A program made the translations under genes and the position numbers. A stretch of DNA of 64,000 bases, from contig NC_058368.1 in assembly GCF_018350175.1 (NCBI RefSeq), positions 54,004,001 to 54,068,000 of the forward strand, in the 5' to 3' direction. Shown one piece after another: positions 13,624 through 25,449 of this stretch; position 1 is the first letter of the stretch; each line of letters opens with the position of its first letter. The stretch comes from Felis catus (taxonomy: Eukaryota). The notes below the pieces were generated by a model. It was not told where the DNA came from. It did no database searches and saw only the letters and a list, made by a program, of their open reading frames with translations.

Positions 13624-14049
13624 ACTGAAGTATGAAATGAATCTTAATAATAGTAATATAAAGGCAGCAACCATCTTGAAAGAAGCCAACAAATGTCATC
13701 AAAATGAGTAAACAAATGATACACATTAGAACCAACTTTATTCTATGACTAACACCTAGAACAGAAAATACTATTTGACATATAACTATTATATTTGATT
13801 GACATGGTGACTCAGGAGTTCATATTTAAAAAAAATACTTTACCTTCATGGATGCAGTATATTAATGAATATGTGGGAGGTAGGAGGAGGCTGGGGAAGT
13901 TATGGAGGGAGGGAGTAAAGCATGACTCATTTATCATTTTATACCTAAATGACTCATGAAAGTTATAAAATGGAAACTTTGTTATCCACTAAAATAATTT
14001 CTCAGTGCAATCTAAAGTAAAGGTCAAGAAAGCAGAGTTTTAATGGCAT

Positions 14050-14190
14050 ATGGTGGAAAGAAGAACTTTGAATCCATATCCCATCTCTTATACATGACCT
14101 TGAACAAGTATCCTAACCTCTCTAAGCTTTATATCTGTATAAAATGGGGCTGTAAAAGCTGTCTTATAGATAGGTTTAAGGGCCTAATGT
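14050..14190 (+). mobile_element. MIR SINE
   Basis: tgaccttgaacaagtatcctaacctctctaagc...tctgtataaaatgggg. Confidence 0.65.
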
Positions 14191-15362
14191 AATCCTCTCA
14201 ATCTCATGGTATGCAGTGAATTATATATAGTCTCCTCAGTCTCTACCAATGCATTAACCCTCAATATATTATGTAACCATCCAAGTTTATATTTCATACA
14301 TTATCTGTCTTCAGATAAACTACATCAGACTATACTCATTTAGGAGTCACTAAACTGGAGAGTCACCTTTATTATTTTTTATGGTTTCATTGAGTCTCAA
14401 AAGACATTTCTGAGGTTAATTCTAACCAATGTTCAAAAATTAATGTAAAAGCCTGCTGTCTGATTCAGACACATATGTAACTTTATTTTTTTTCTGTTTT
14501 GTACTGGTTGCATCAAAATTTAGGGCTAAGTGATTTTAAATAGCTGACTGACAGGATGTTTACTTCAGTGAAATACTGTTCACCATCATGTCTAGGACTT
14601 CCTCCAATTCTCTAACTTATTCTAATACTACAATATAATACAATACATACCATATCTAATATTGTATAAGAAACACAATCTCTACATTTTTTCTCTTAAA
14701 ATTTTGTAGACATATGAGCATTATTTTTCTATATTCCATAGTTGAAAATTACTTTGCCTGTATTATTGATTTTGACCCCAGGATCTCAACCATATATTCA
14801 GGAAAAATAAAGCCACATGAAATTATACAATCTCAGCATTATAAGGGCCCTTGACAAATTCTTATAGCAATGTTTAAATTTTCCATGGGCGTACGGTACA
14901 AATATCCATTTCTTAATGAAATGTGTGATAATTAAGACTTATTGGAAGCAAAACCTCTGACACTGTCATCTAACACATAGACTATTGTGAGGTATTTTAG
15001 AACTTCTCGAGTCATACCCAGCATAGGGCATAATATCTACATACATGTTTAAAAGCTGATTGTAATTTGAAATAATGACAAAATAGATTTGCAAATAGGG
15101 TTTGCAAATATCTCGTGAAATTTGAAATGGTTCCCCATTTCATAAACCTGTAGTCCTGGAAAGCAACTTGTGAAGTTTGGTAAATCATCTTTAATTAAGA
15201 ATAAGAACCTGGCAATTGCTTTCCCAGATCCAAGGGAGATGGATGAATTAATTACCAGATTTGAAAGATTTTTATCATTACATCTATCTATATCTATCGA
15301 TCAATAGATATTTAATTTTTTGTTACCTACTGGTAATTACATTAATTTAGTCCAGTGACATT

Positions 15363-15573
15363 AAAAAAATTTTTTTAATGTTTATTTTTGAGAGACAGAG
15401 GGACAGTGCAAGCAGAGGAGGGGCAGAGAGAGAGGGAGACACAGAATCTGAAGCAGGCTTCAGGCTCTGAGCTGTCAGCACAGAGCCTGACATGGGGCTT
15501 GAACCCACAAACTGTGAGATCATGACCCGAACCCAAATCGAATGCTTAACTGACTGAGCCACCCAGGCGCCCC
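15363..15573 (-). mobile_element. Can-SINE (SINEC_Fc type)
   Basis: Perfect 14-bp TSD agtccagtgacatt at 15349-15362 and 15574-15587. Confidence 0.97.
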
Positions 15574-15675
15574 AGTCCAGTGACATTTATATACCCTCTG
15601 CTCAGAAAACAATCAATTCAAATATTCAGGTAGATTTTTCAATATTGAAAAAATAATTAAGACACTGCCATGTTA

Positions 15676-15853
15676 GGGGCACCTGGGTGGCTCAGTTTGG
15701 CTAAGTGTCTGACTCTTGAGATTAACTCAGGTCAGGGTCCCAGGATCATGGGATTGAGCCTTGCATCAGGCTATGCACTGAGCATGGAGCCTGCTTAAGA
15801 TTCTCCCTCTGCCTCTCTTTCTCTTCTCTTAAAAACAGCAACAAATAAACGAA
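15676..15853 (+). mobile_element. Can-SINE (older subfamily)
   Basis: SINE head; aagacactg on both flanks. Confidence 0.9.
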
Positions 15854-16099
15854 AAAGACACTGAAATTTTATTATCAAGGATTAATTAAAATGTATTTAA
15901 GGAGGAAAATTATCAGAGCATTAAAGAAATTAAGAAACACTGTAGTTTTTCCAATGAATGGTCTGAGGACTGCCAGCATCAGGTGGCCAAGTGTACTTGT
16001 TAAAAATGTAGCTCCGTGGCCTATGGAACCCACTAAGTCAGATTATGGGGGAATAGCAGGAATTTCTTTGATTAACAAATGCACTATAGTCTGCAAACT

Positions 16100-16158
16100 A
16101 TTAATTCAACCACAAATATTTGCTGAGTACCTACTATGCACCAGGCACTATTCTAGAC
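16100..16158 (-). mobile_element. L2 3' end (target of the hAT insertion)
   Basis: ttcaaccacaaatatttgctgagtacctactatgcaccaggcactattctag matches the antisense L2 terminus. Confidence 0.75.
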
Positions 16159-16379
16159 TGGGGATTAGCAAACTATAGCCTGAAGACCAAATCCAGCCTG
16201 CCACCTGTTTTTATGTGGTTTACAAACCAAGAATGGCATTATGTTTTTAAGTGGTTTTAAAAATCAAAAGAAGAGTATTTTCTGACACATAAAAATTATA
16301 TGAAAGTGAAATTTTAGTGTCTATAAGTGAAGATTTATTGGCACACAGCTACATTCATTAATTTCAATATTGTCTGGAA

Positions 16380-16486
16380 GGAGGCACCTGGCTGGCTCAG
16401 TTGGTGGAGTGTGTGACTCTTGATCTCAGAGTTGTAACTTTGAGCTCTAGGTTGTGTGTAGAGATTACTTTAAAAAAATGAAATCT
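16380..16486 (+). mobile_element. Short old Can-SINE nested in the hAT element
   Basis: ggcacctggctggctcagttgg...gtagagattact; outer 13-bp TSD tcaatattgtctg at 16364-16376 / 16815-16827. Confidence 0.85.
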
Positions 16487-16489
16487 AGA

Positions 16490-16531
16490 AACCAATTTGT
16501 CAATAAATTTCATATATAAAAAAAAACACAG
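16490..16531 (+). mobile_element. Very short feline L1 3'-terminal stub
   Basis: ccaatttgtcaataaatt + A tail, matching the L1 terminus seen reversed at 23851-23880; flanked by duplicated aaaaaaatgaaatct. Confidence 0.65.
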
Positions 16532-16552
16532 TTTAAAAAAAATGAAATCTTT

Positions 16553-16780
16553 ACTTATTTATTATTTTAATTGTTTTTAATATTTGTTTATTTTTAAGAG
16601 AGAGAGGGAGACAGCGTGAGCAGGGGAGGGGCAGAGAGAGAGAGAGACACAGAATCCCAAGCAAGCTCCAGGCTCTGAGCTGTCAGCACAGAGACCATGC
16701 GGGGCTTGAACTCACAGACTGCGAGATCATGACCTGAGCTGAAGTCAGACACTTAACTGACTGAACCACCCAGGCGCCCC
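16553..16780 (-). mobile_element. Can-SINE (SINEC_Fc type), nested
   Basis: Full reverse copy; TSD-like aaaaaatgaaatctt / aaaaaataaaatctt. Confidence 0.95.
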
Positions 16781-17101
16781 CAAAAAATAAAATCTTAAAA
16801 ATAGTATAAAAAAATCAATATTGTCTGCATGCATTAATGCTACAAAGGCACAGTTGAGTAGTTGTGGCAAACTCGTTCATTTCACAGTGGAACGAAGCAC
16901 AGTATAAATAATAGAGACATGGCTACAACTCAACAGCATGTCAAGTGTCATACATATCCCTATACTGAGGCATTTTACCTTGATTTTTATTATCAGCATA
17001 AGTCCATCATATCAAAACAACAAAATACAAGTAGACTTTGAATGTCACACGTTTAAGGCACAGATGAGTATGGATTATTTTGTCATGAAAATTAAATGGC
17101 A

Positions 17102-17318
17102 GGGGCACCTGGGTGGCTCAGTCGGTTAAGCGGCCGACTTCGGCTCAGGTCATGATCTCGTGGTCAGTGAGTTCGAGCCCCACGTCGGGCTCTGTGCTGA
17201 CAGCTCAGAGCCTGGAGCCTGCTTCAGATTCTGTGTCTCCCTCTCTCTGACCCTCCCCTGTTCATGCTCTGTCTCTCCCTGTCTCAAAAATAAATAAACG
17301 TTAAAAAAAAATTAAAAA
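17102..17318 (+). mobile_element. Can-SINE (young SINEC_Fc) interrupting the transposase
   Basis: CpG-retaining copy; TSD aaaattaaatg(g)ca. Confidence 0.97.
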
Positions 17319-18662
17319 AAAAATTAAATGCAAAGCATTGTGTTTCTTATGCAAAGGCAACATAGCTGTACTAAAAGAATACAATATGTTTCAACACTTC
17401 TAGACCAAGAACTCATTACGATATTCTCAACTTGCAGGAGAGCAGGACCGGAAAATTAGAAAAGTTAAAACAAAATGTCTCATCTTAGCAGATTTTTTTC
17501 ACAAAATAAAGTACTATGCCGAGCTACAACCAGAAAAGTTGTATTTGTTAGCCATGCAAGTAAACATATTTATTGATGGTGATGTAAATAAACTGACTTT
17601 GACATAACAGCCAAAGAAACATGTCTGGAGAAAACAAACTTATTTAAGAATATTTACTCAAAAAATTGAGGATATTGAGGGCAGCATCAATAGCCAAATA
17701 AAATATGAAGCAAATGATTTTGAATAATTTTCCTTGGCTTTTGATGAATCGATAGATGTTAAAGATGCTGCGCCCTGTTTTTTACGTGAGGAGGCAACAT
17801 GGAGTTCTTCAGAGGTGACTGAAGAATCAACCCCTATGAAGAGTTAGCATATAACAACTATAAGGTTAAAATACTTTCAAAGATGTTGAGAAAACACTAA
17901 ATCAGTACAACCTGAATTGGAATCTGCTAAGATGTGTTAAAACTAATAGTGGTAAAAATGTGCACGGAACGGAAAATGATTTAGTCGAAAGAAGGTAGAA
18001 AGTGTTTAAATGCAAAGTGTTTAAATCCCACTTTTATTCATTGTATTTATTTCATCAGCAGGGCTTTGCAGAAAATCAATCTACCATATGCTCCAAACCA
18101 ATAGTGTCAGTAGCAAATTTCATTTACTCTTATGGGCTAACCATCATCACTTCTATGAATTTTTGTCATAAATAGGAGATGAATATTCTGACTTGCCCTA
18201 TAACGCAGAAACCCAGTGGTTTAGCAGTGAGAAAGTTTTGTTGTGATTTCTTTTATGTGCAACTCAGGGTCAAGACTTTAAAATTTTTATGAATGAGAAG
18301 AATTGCCTTCAACCACTGTTTTCAAACACTGAATGGCCTTGGAAGTTAGCTTTTGCTGTGGACTTGATGCTGTTTCTTTATGAATTCAACCTAAAATTAC
18401 CACCCCAAACAGTACTGTATGAGAAACATGTACTGCAATAAAGTCATTTTGACAAAAACTAACACTATCTGAATCACAAGCAATGTCCAGCTACTTGATT
18501 CACTTTCCAATTTTATCAAAGGTTAAAGTAAGGAGCAAGATCTCCATTCCTCCACAAATGTGTAGTAGATATATTTTCTGACCTCCAATAACATTTCTGA
18601 AACATGATTTAAGTGTGAAGGAAATTTTCATATTTCAAAAATCCATTGAACTGTGCATTTGA

Positions 18663-19653
18663 TGTCTAAAAGTAACAACTCAGGAAACAACAGATATTGG
18701 CAAGGGTGTGGAGAAAGGGGGACTCTCTTGCACTGTTGGTGAGAATACAAACTGGTACATGCACTCTGGAAAACAGTGTGGAATTTCCTCAAAAAATTAA
18801 AAATAGATCAACCCTATGACCCACCAATTGCACTACTAGGAATTTATCCAAAGGATACAAAAATGCTGATATGAAGGGGCACATGTACCCCAGTGTTTAT
18901 AGCAGTGGTATCAACAATAGCCAAATTATGAAAGCTTAAATGTCCATCAACTGATGAATGGATTAAGAAGGTGTGGTATATATATAATGAAATACTACTT
19001 GGTGATGAAAAAGAATGAAATCTTGCCATTTGCAACAACATGGTTGGAACTGGAGGGTATTATGCTAAGCAAAATAAGTCAGCAGAGAAAGACAGATATC
19101 ATATGATTTCACTCATATGTGGAATTTGAGAAACTTAACAGATGAACATAGGGTAAGGGAAGGAAAAATAAGATAAAAATAGAGAGGAAGGCAAACCATT
19201 AGAGACTCCTAAACACAGAGAGCAAACTGAGGGTTGATGGGGGTGGGAGGTGACGGGTAGGTTAAATGGATGACAGACATTAAGGAGGGCACTTATTGGG
19301 ATGAGCACTGGGTGTCATATGTAAGAGATGAATCACTGGTTCTACTCCTGAAGCCAAGACTACACTGTATGTTAACGAACTTGAGAATAGAAAACAAAAC
19401 AAAAAAACCAAGAAGACACACACACATACATACACAAAAATAAATAAATAAGTGTTTAGTGTAGTGCTACAGTCCCTACATCTCAATGGGAAAAACAGGA
19501 CATATTATTTGCACATAATGATGTAGTTTTCTTCAATTGCCTTTTACATGGATTACTGGCTATTTTCTAACATTCAAATAGTATATTGCCTATGCAAGAC
19601 ATTTAGAAAATACAAAATAATAAAAAAATATAATTACTTGAGTCAAAAAAAAT
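18663..19653 (+). mobile_element. 5'-truncated carnivore L1 (ORF2 end + 3'UTR) with probable 3' transduction
   Basis: L1 to ~19451, about 190 bp of additional sequence, second A tract; TSD aactgtgcatttga 18649-18662 / aaatgtacatttga 19654-19667. Confidence 0.9.
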
Positions 19654-19872
19654 AAATGTACATTTGAGGAGCTTCCAATGTTCAGGTAGAAATTAATAAT
19701 CAAGTGGAAATTAATAATTAATAATGTGATCACTTGCTAAAATGCAAATATCAAGAGAAGAATCTAATAGAATGCTATAAATGCCTTCCAAATGATGACT
19801 ATGCTCAGTTAAAGTCAGATGCTAATGGATACCTATCTGTCTGAAAGGACATTTTTAAAGGTGCAATATATA

Positions 19873-20102
19873 GAGGCAACTAGGTGGCTCAGTTGGTTAA
19901 ATGTCTGACTCTTGGTTTTGGCTCAGGTCATGATCTCATGGTTGGTGAGTTGGAGTCCCACGTCAGGCTCCATGCTGACAGTGCAGAGCCTGCTTGAGAT
20001 TCTTTCTCTCCCTCTCTCTGCCCCTCCCCTGATTATGCTCCCTCTCTCTCTTTCAAAATAAATAAACTTTAAAAAAATCTTTGAAAAATAAAAATAAATA
20101 AA
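19873..20102 (+). mobile_element. Can-SINE nested in the hAT element
   Basis: SINE head and tail; TSD-like aaaggtgcaatatata / aaaggcaaatatata. Confidence 0.93.
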
Positions 20103-21072
20103 TAAAGGCAAATATATAAAATCTCATACACATTTTACAAATCAGCATTAACAGATAAATATTTACAGTCAATTTTGATGATAGAGAACTAATTTTGTAC
20201 TAACATTGAACCATAAGTAAGGAAATGCTATCACTTCCCAAGAAAGAATTATATTCTTATTAGTAGATCTATATTACAAAAATTACACTTTGTTGTTATT
20301 ATTATTTAAAATGTTATCAATGCAAAATTTGTGGAAAATTTTCCTCTCTTACATAATATTCTTCATTTTGCCTCTTTGACCACAAAGCACAAAATATATT
20401 TACTATCTGGCCCTTTACAGAAAAAGTTTTCTGACCTCTTCTCTGATTATAATCCCTTTGAGGGAAAAGACTGGGCCCTATACATTTTGCTGCTTCCTCA
20501 GTGACCAAAACAATTGTTGCTACCCAATGAATGATAATGGTACGAGGTGGCTAGACAGAACTTTGCGGTGAGTTGAGAAAGGATTCCTTTGATTGACATG
20601 ATGATGATGATGATGATTTTGAGATAATATCATGTAGAAATTGCCCTCTTTAATATGTTGCTGGAAATAAATTCAAGGCATATAAATGATTAATCAAAGC
20701 AATTACAAGCAATTTCTAACAAATTAATTCTGTCAACTTCTCCACAGAGAATTAGTGGATACAGGGATATATGATAGGCAGAATCTAATTTTGTTTGTTT
20801 GCTTTATACAAAGGAAAATGATTTCCACCAAACATAACTTAAACTTTGCATTTTAAAGGAGCTCATTTCATGGTGTATGTTTACATTTCAAGTGGAAAAT
20901 TGTATTCTAAAAATCAAGTAATCAAATCACAGTGCTAGGAATAATGGTATTTCCATACATTAAATTTACATAATTGAGCTTTCACAATGAGGATATTTGA
21001 AGTGCTTGCAAATTATCTCTTTTCTCCCTCTATCTTATACATATTAATCTCTCTATTTTATAAGTGAATATT

Positions 21073-21260
21073 TTTCTCTTTTTTTAGATGTTTATTTTTG
21101 AGAGAAAGAGTGCATGCAGGGGAGGAGCAGAGGGAGAGGGAGACAGAGGATCTGAAGCAGGTCAGCAGTGAGCCTGATGCGGGGCTCAAACTCAAGAACT
21201 GTGGAATCACGACCTGAGCTGAAATCTGATGCTTAACTAACTGAGCCACCCAGGTGCCCC
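21073..21260 (-). mobile_element. Can-SINE
   Basis: Reverse copy ending tgagccacccaggtgcccc. Confidence 0.93.
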
Positions 21261-21399
21261 TCTAACTTCTTCATTCATCCCTACTTTCACTGCCTGTTTT
21301 TTTTTTCTTTCTCATTTTTCTTCTGACTTGGTCTCTGAATCATTGAGCTGGGCCACTGTTGGAGGTACAGTTATCAGGTTGACCTCACTCAACTCTTTC

Positions 21400-22070
21400 T
21401 CATCCATCCACCATACTCAAAATGATCTTTCTAAAATTCAGAACAGATCTTGTCACTCCCTGGCATAATGATCTCTCCTCGGTGTCTTCAGTTTAAAACC
21501 CCACATCCCTAACATGATATATAAGACCTTTCATAACATGACCCAAGTCTACTTCAGCCCAATACCAGCCACATCCTGTACTGATTTCCCTTTTACCTGT
21601 TCTTGGTGTTCCCAAAGCATCAGGATTATTTCTCCTCCTCCTTCTCCTCCTCCTCCTCCTCCTCCTCCTCCTCCTCCTCCTCCTCCTCCTCTTCCTTCTT
21701 CTTCTTCTTCTTCTTCTTCTTCTTCTTCTTCTTCTTCAATTTGATACTTTGGTCATATGGTTCACTCTATTTATATTCTGACTCTCTCTTTTCCCTTTCA
21801 CTTTCTGGATAGTTCTTTATTTTCAAAGGTCTTGTCCTCTGAATATTTTTCCCTGAGTCTGTGTTCCCTGCACCCGAGTTAAGTGCTTGCCCATAGCTCC
21901 TATCACACTAATGCATAAATATGTATTTATTCATCTGGCTGTCCTACTCAACATGAGCTCCTTAAATGCATCCAGTCATTCCTTCATCCATCCATTTATG
22001 GGTTGTGTTCTCATACTTATTCTAATGTCCGGAATATAATCAGTTCTCAAGAGTGTATCTTGTGAATCAA
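21400..22070 (+). mobile_element. L2 LINE fragment
   Basis: atgatctttctaaaattcagaacagatcttgtcactccctg... typical L2 3' region. Confidence 0.6.
21631..21737. repeat. (CCT)n(CTT)n polypyrimidine trinucleotide tract
   Basis: Direct reading. Confidence 0.95.
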
Positions 22071-22124
22071 AGCCAAGCCTTTGTAGGAGGCAAGGCCCTG
22101 GTCTCCATGGAACAAAAAAGTAAC

Positions 22125-22320
22125 TAATATTTACCAAGTGCCTTCTATGATTAAAAAAACTCTTTCACATTTTATCCTCACAGCAACACTATTAGGTAGG
22201 TATCATTGTTCCCTTTTCCCAGATGAAGGAACTGAGACGAAATTATGGACTCAAGGTCATATAGCAAGGGAGTGTTATAGACAGGTTCCAAGCCTGGTCT
22301 GTCAATTATACTTCCATGTT
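22125..22320 (-). mobile_element. MIR SINE
   Basis: ttatcctcacagcaacac...ttcccagatgaaggaactgagac. Confidence 0.7.
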
Positions 22321-23557
22321 CTACAAATCCACCTACTGGGCAATGGATTTTGACAAATATGTTACTTTTTTACTTGGTTTCTAATTTGCTAAATCTAGCT
22401 AATCTCATGAACTACCTCCTACCATGATGTTAATGGGTTTATACACTGGCACTCATTATCACTTCCCAGAGAAAGTATTTTAACATCAAGGAAATATTCT
22501 ACAGAAGCTATTTTCAGCCTAACTGGGAGATATTTGGGGGTCATGATCTTTCCAAGGTTCAAGAAATTAGGAAAGAAGCTGCCTGGTTCAATTAGTGGGA
22601 TTCAGATATGTGACTTTACATAAAAATGAACTCTAAGAGCATACACTGACATTGTTACTTATAAAGAGTAATATATGTAATATGCAACCCTCAGGTATAG
22701 TATATAATCCACACAGCTGGCCCCAGAAACGGAATAAAGAAAGTACCAGATCCTCAGACTTGTTTGCTAAAATCCCAAGGAATCTTATATAAATATATTT
22801 TAGCAAAAAAAAAAAAAAGGCACACAAACAAAAAAAACCACTATCAATAGCTGCCATTTGTTATATGAATATCTATTTCATTCTTCATTTACTGAATTCA
22901 TTCTTCATTACTGCTGGGTAATATGGTAAGCATTTATTTTTTACACAAACCTATAAGAGAGATACTATTACACAAGTTACCTTAACCCTGGAATAGGCAG
23001 GTTTGAGGGTTAAAATATCTAAACTTTGTATAAGAATACCTCACATCTAGGGTTATATAAATAAGAAAATGTCAAGGTTCAAAGTCAATGCCCAAGTTCT
23101 TTCCAGGGTCATAAACTCCTTAGAAAATGATGTTGATCTCAAGACACACTCAACATGGGAATCAGATCAGGGACTTTGCAGGACTGGAAGAGAAACAGGA
23201 GGAAAGGGGGGGAGTGAGTGTGGGTGTGGGAGGATGTGTGGAGAGGTGGAAGGGTGCATGCACAATAAAGGAGCTCCAGAATGAGTATGGTGGGGCACTG
23301 AGGAGGTGCAACTTTACCTCTGTTTACCCAAATTTCCTTCTGACCCCCGTTCTGAGTGTGAAGGAGACACTCACAAGCCCCCAGAAGGTCAGGGCTATTG
23401 GGTGCTATGGAATGCAGCCAGCATCTCAGTACCCATGTCTACTTTTTATTAGAAGGAAATAAGGAGTGAAGGAGGACTTGGGCCATGGTAGGCCAGTTCC
23501 CACAGACCATTTCCAAGAGGCGATGTGTCCTCAGAAAACATCCACTTGTGGGTTCGT

Positions 23558-23560
23558 TTT

Positions 23561-23612
<52 letters not shown>

Positions 23613-23677
23613 TTTTTCTTATTTTTTTAATAAAATTTTTTTTCAATTCCAGTTAGTTAACATGCAGTATAATATTA
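23558..23677 (-). mobile_element. Very short L1 3' end with tail expanded to (TTTC)n
   Basis: ttcaattccagttagttaacatgcagtataatatta is an L1 terminus; TSD-like cttgtgggtt / cttatgggtt. Confidence 0.65.
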
Positions 23678-23847
23678 CCCTTATGGGTTTCTTACACAAC
23701 AGAATCAATATATTATTGAAGAAATGAAAGATTTGCTGACACCCACCACCAACACAAATCAAAGATGTGTGTGTGGGTCTAGGTCACATTTTCTTTTTGT
23801 TGTGCTGCTTTGCCTTTAATTATTCCTTTTCTTTCTGCTGGTAGCTG

Positions 23848-24015
23848 TTTTATTTTAATATAAATTATTGTCAAATTGGCTAACATACAGTGTGTTACGT
23901 GTGCTCTTGGTTTTTGGGGTAGATTCCCATGGTTCATCGCTTACATACAACACCCAGTGCTCATCCCAAAAAGCGCCCTCCTCAATGCCCATCACCCATT
24001 TTGCCTTCTCCCCCT
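23848..24015 (-). mobile_element. Feline L1 3'UTR end (5'-truncated)
   Basis: ttattgtcaaattggctaacatacagtg...cacccagtgctcatccc. Confidence 0.9.
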
Positions 24016-24496
24016 ATTATTACTATTTTTAAAAACTGCTAAGTGACCAGTGCCTTCTGAAAAAAGCAAGTACTACCAGATTATGTTAGGCAGATAATGA
24101 CAATGAACTGCTTACGTCCTTTTCTATGTCCTTAGGAATGGCCTGTTCATGTGCTGGTACATAACTCTCCAGAACTCTTTTTTGTATACAAACACTTTTT
24201 TAAGGTTTTTTTAATGACATATTTCTATACATATTATTTGCCACCTAACTCTTCATTCAAAAGTGATCATGGACATCTTTTCATGTATCATAGACCCACC
24301 CCTCTCTTTTTCTGTTTTCTTTTTTGCCTTTCTTGCCTTCTTTCTTTTCTCTCTTCCTCCTCCTCCTCCTCCTCCTCCTCCTCCTCCTCCTCCTTTTATG
24401 GATATGTAGTATCCCATATTTTGGTTATGGTCTAATTTATTTAACTGGTAAATGTTTTGGTTGCCTACAGTACTTTATCATTAAAAACAATCTAGA

Positions 24497-24717
24497 GGGG
24501 CGCCTGGGTGGCGCAGTCGGTTAAGTGTCCGACTTTAGCCAGGTCACGATCTCGCGGTCCGTGAGTTCGAGCCCCGCGTCGGGCTCTGGGCTGATGGCTC
24601 AGAGCCTGGAGCCTGATTCCGATTCTGTGTCTCCCTCTCTCTCTGCCCCTCCCCCGTTCATGCTCTGTCTCTCTCTGTCCCAAAAATAAATAAACGTTGA
24701 AAAAAAAAATTAAAAAA
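24497..24717 (+). mobile_element. Very young Can-SINE (SINEC_Fc)
   Basis: Most CpGs intact; perfect TSD aaaaacaatctaga 24483-24496 / 24718-24731. Confidence 0.98.
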
Positions 24718-25449
24718 AAAAACAATCTAGAAAGAACAAAGAACATATTTGGGTACATATCCATGTGCCTCTGGATAAACTTTTCTAACAGGATGGATTC
24801 CTAAAAACATCATCTCAGGGAGTGGGGGCGGGGGTGGAGTAAATAATCTGGTAATCAAGACTTGTTATCATTCTAACTTTTTTCATTCCCATAATCTATT
24901 TTGGTCTTAAAAATCTATAGTTTCTTTAAATCTTTAAGCTTTGATTTCTAAATCTAAGAATAACTTTTAAATATGGTAGTTAAATTCTTGAAAACAGTAG
25001 CACCACAAATCAAAACTATTACATTTGTATCTTAGAGATTTAGGATAGTACAAACTAAAAATTAAAAAAGGTACAAACTATATTTGTGAAATTTTCTCAT
25101 ATAGTTCACAATATTTGTGTTAATTTTATCTGAAAGGGAATTTGTACTTAAGGTATAATCAAATTTGTTTATAAGGCCCGACATATCAATTGTTCTAGAA
25201 AATGTTACGCTGGATCTCTACAGCAAGTGTTTAGTTTATACTACAGCTACTGTGATAGTCTGCACATTACACTTATTTATGAGCATATCCTTGCTAAAAT
25301 GTAAATTATTTTAGTGATGTTTTTGTTGTATTTATTTTTACCGCTCCCCATTTCAAGCACTGAACTCAATCAAGTCATCAAATATTGGTTTCATATATCT
25401 TTTTGGAGCAAGAACTGTAGAAGTTGTGTGTGATGAAAGGTTTTAACTA

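Larger units (their letters stand above)
16159..20440 (+). mobile_element. Fossil hAT-Charlie DNA transposon with MER58/Cheshire-type termini and a decayed transposase
   Basis: Degenerate TIRs tggggattagcaaact / agttttctgacctctt; left flank TTCTAGAC fits the Charlie NTCTAGAN target; translated remnants KALCFLCKGNIAVLKEYN (~17332), FSLAFDESIDVKD (17728), IHC..HQQ (~18036), WPWKLAFAVDL (~18333), TYLSERTF (19831). Confidence 0.88.

Noticed and set aside
16940..19860. Domesticated GTF2IRD2/ZBED-like gene
   Set aside because: Multiple stops and frameshifts plus SINE and L1 insertions within the coding region.
24900..25240. Possible ancient hAT-Tip100 C-terminal remnant (RTIDMSGLINKF on the minus strand)
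   Set aside because: Too short and degenerate to support without a profile search.
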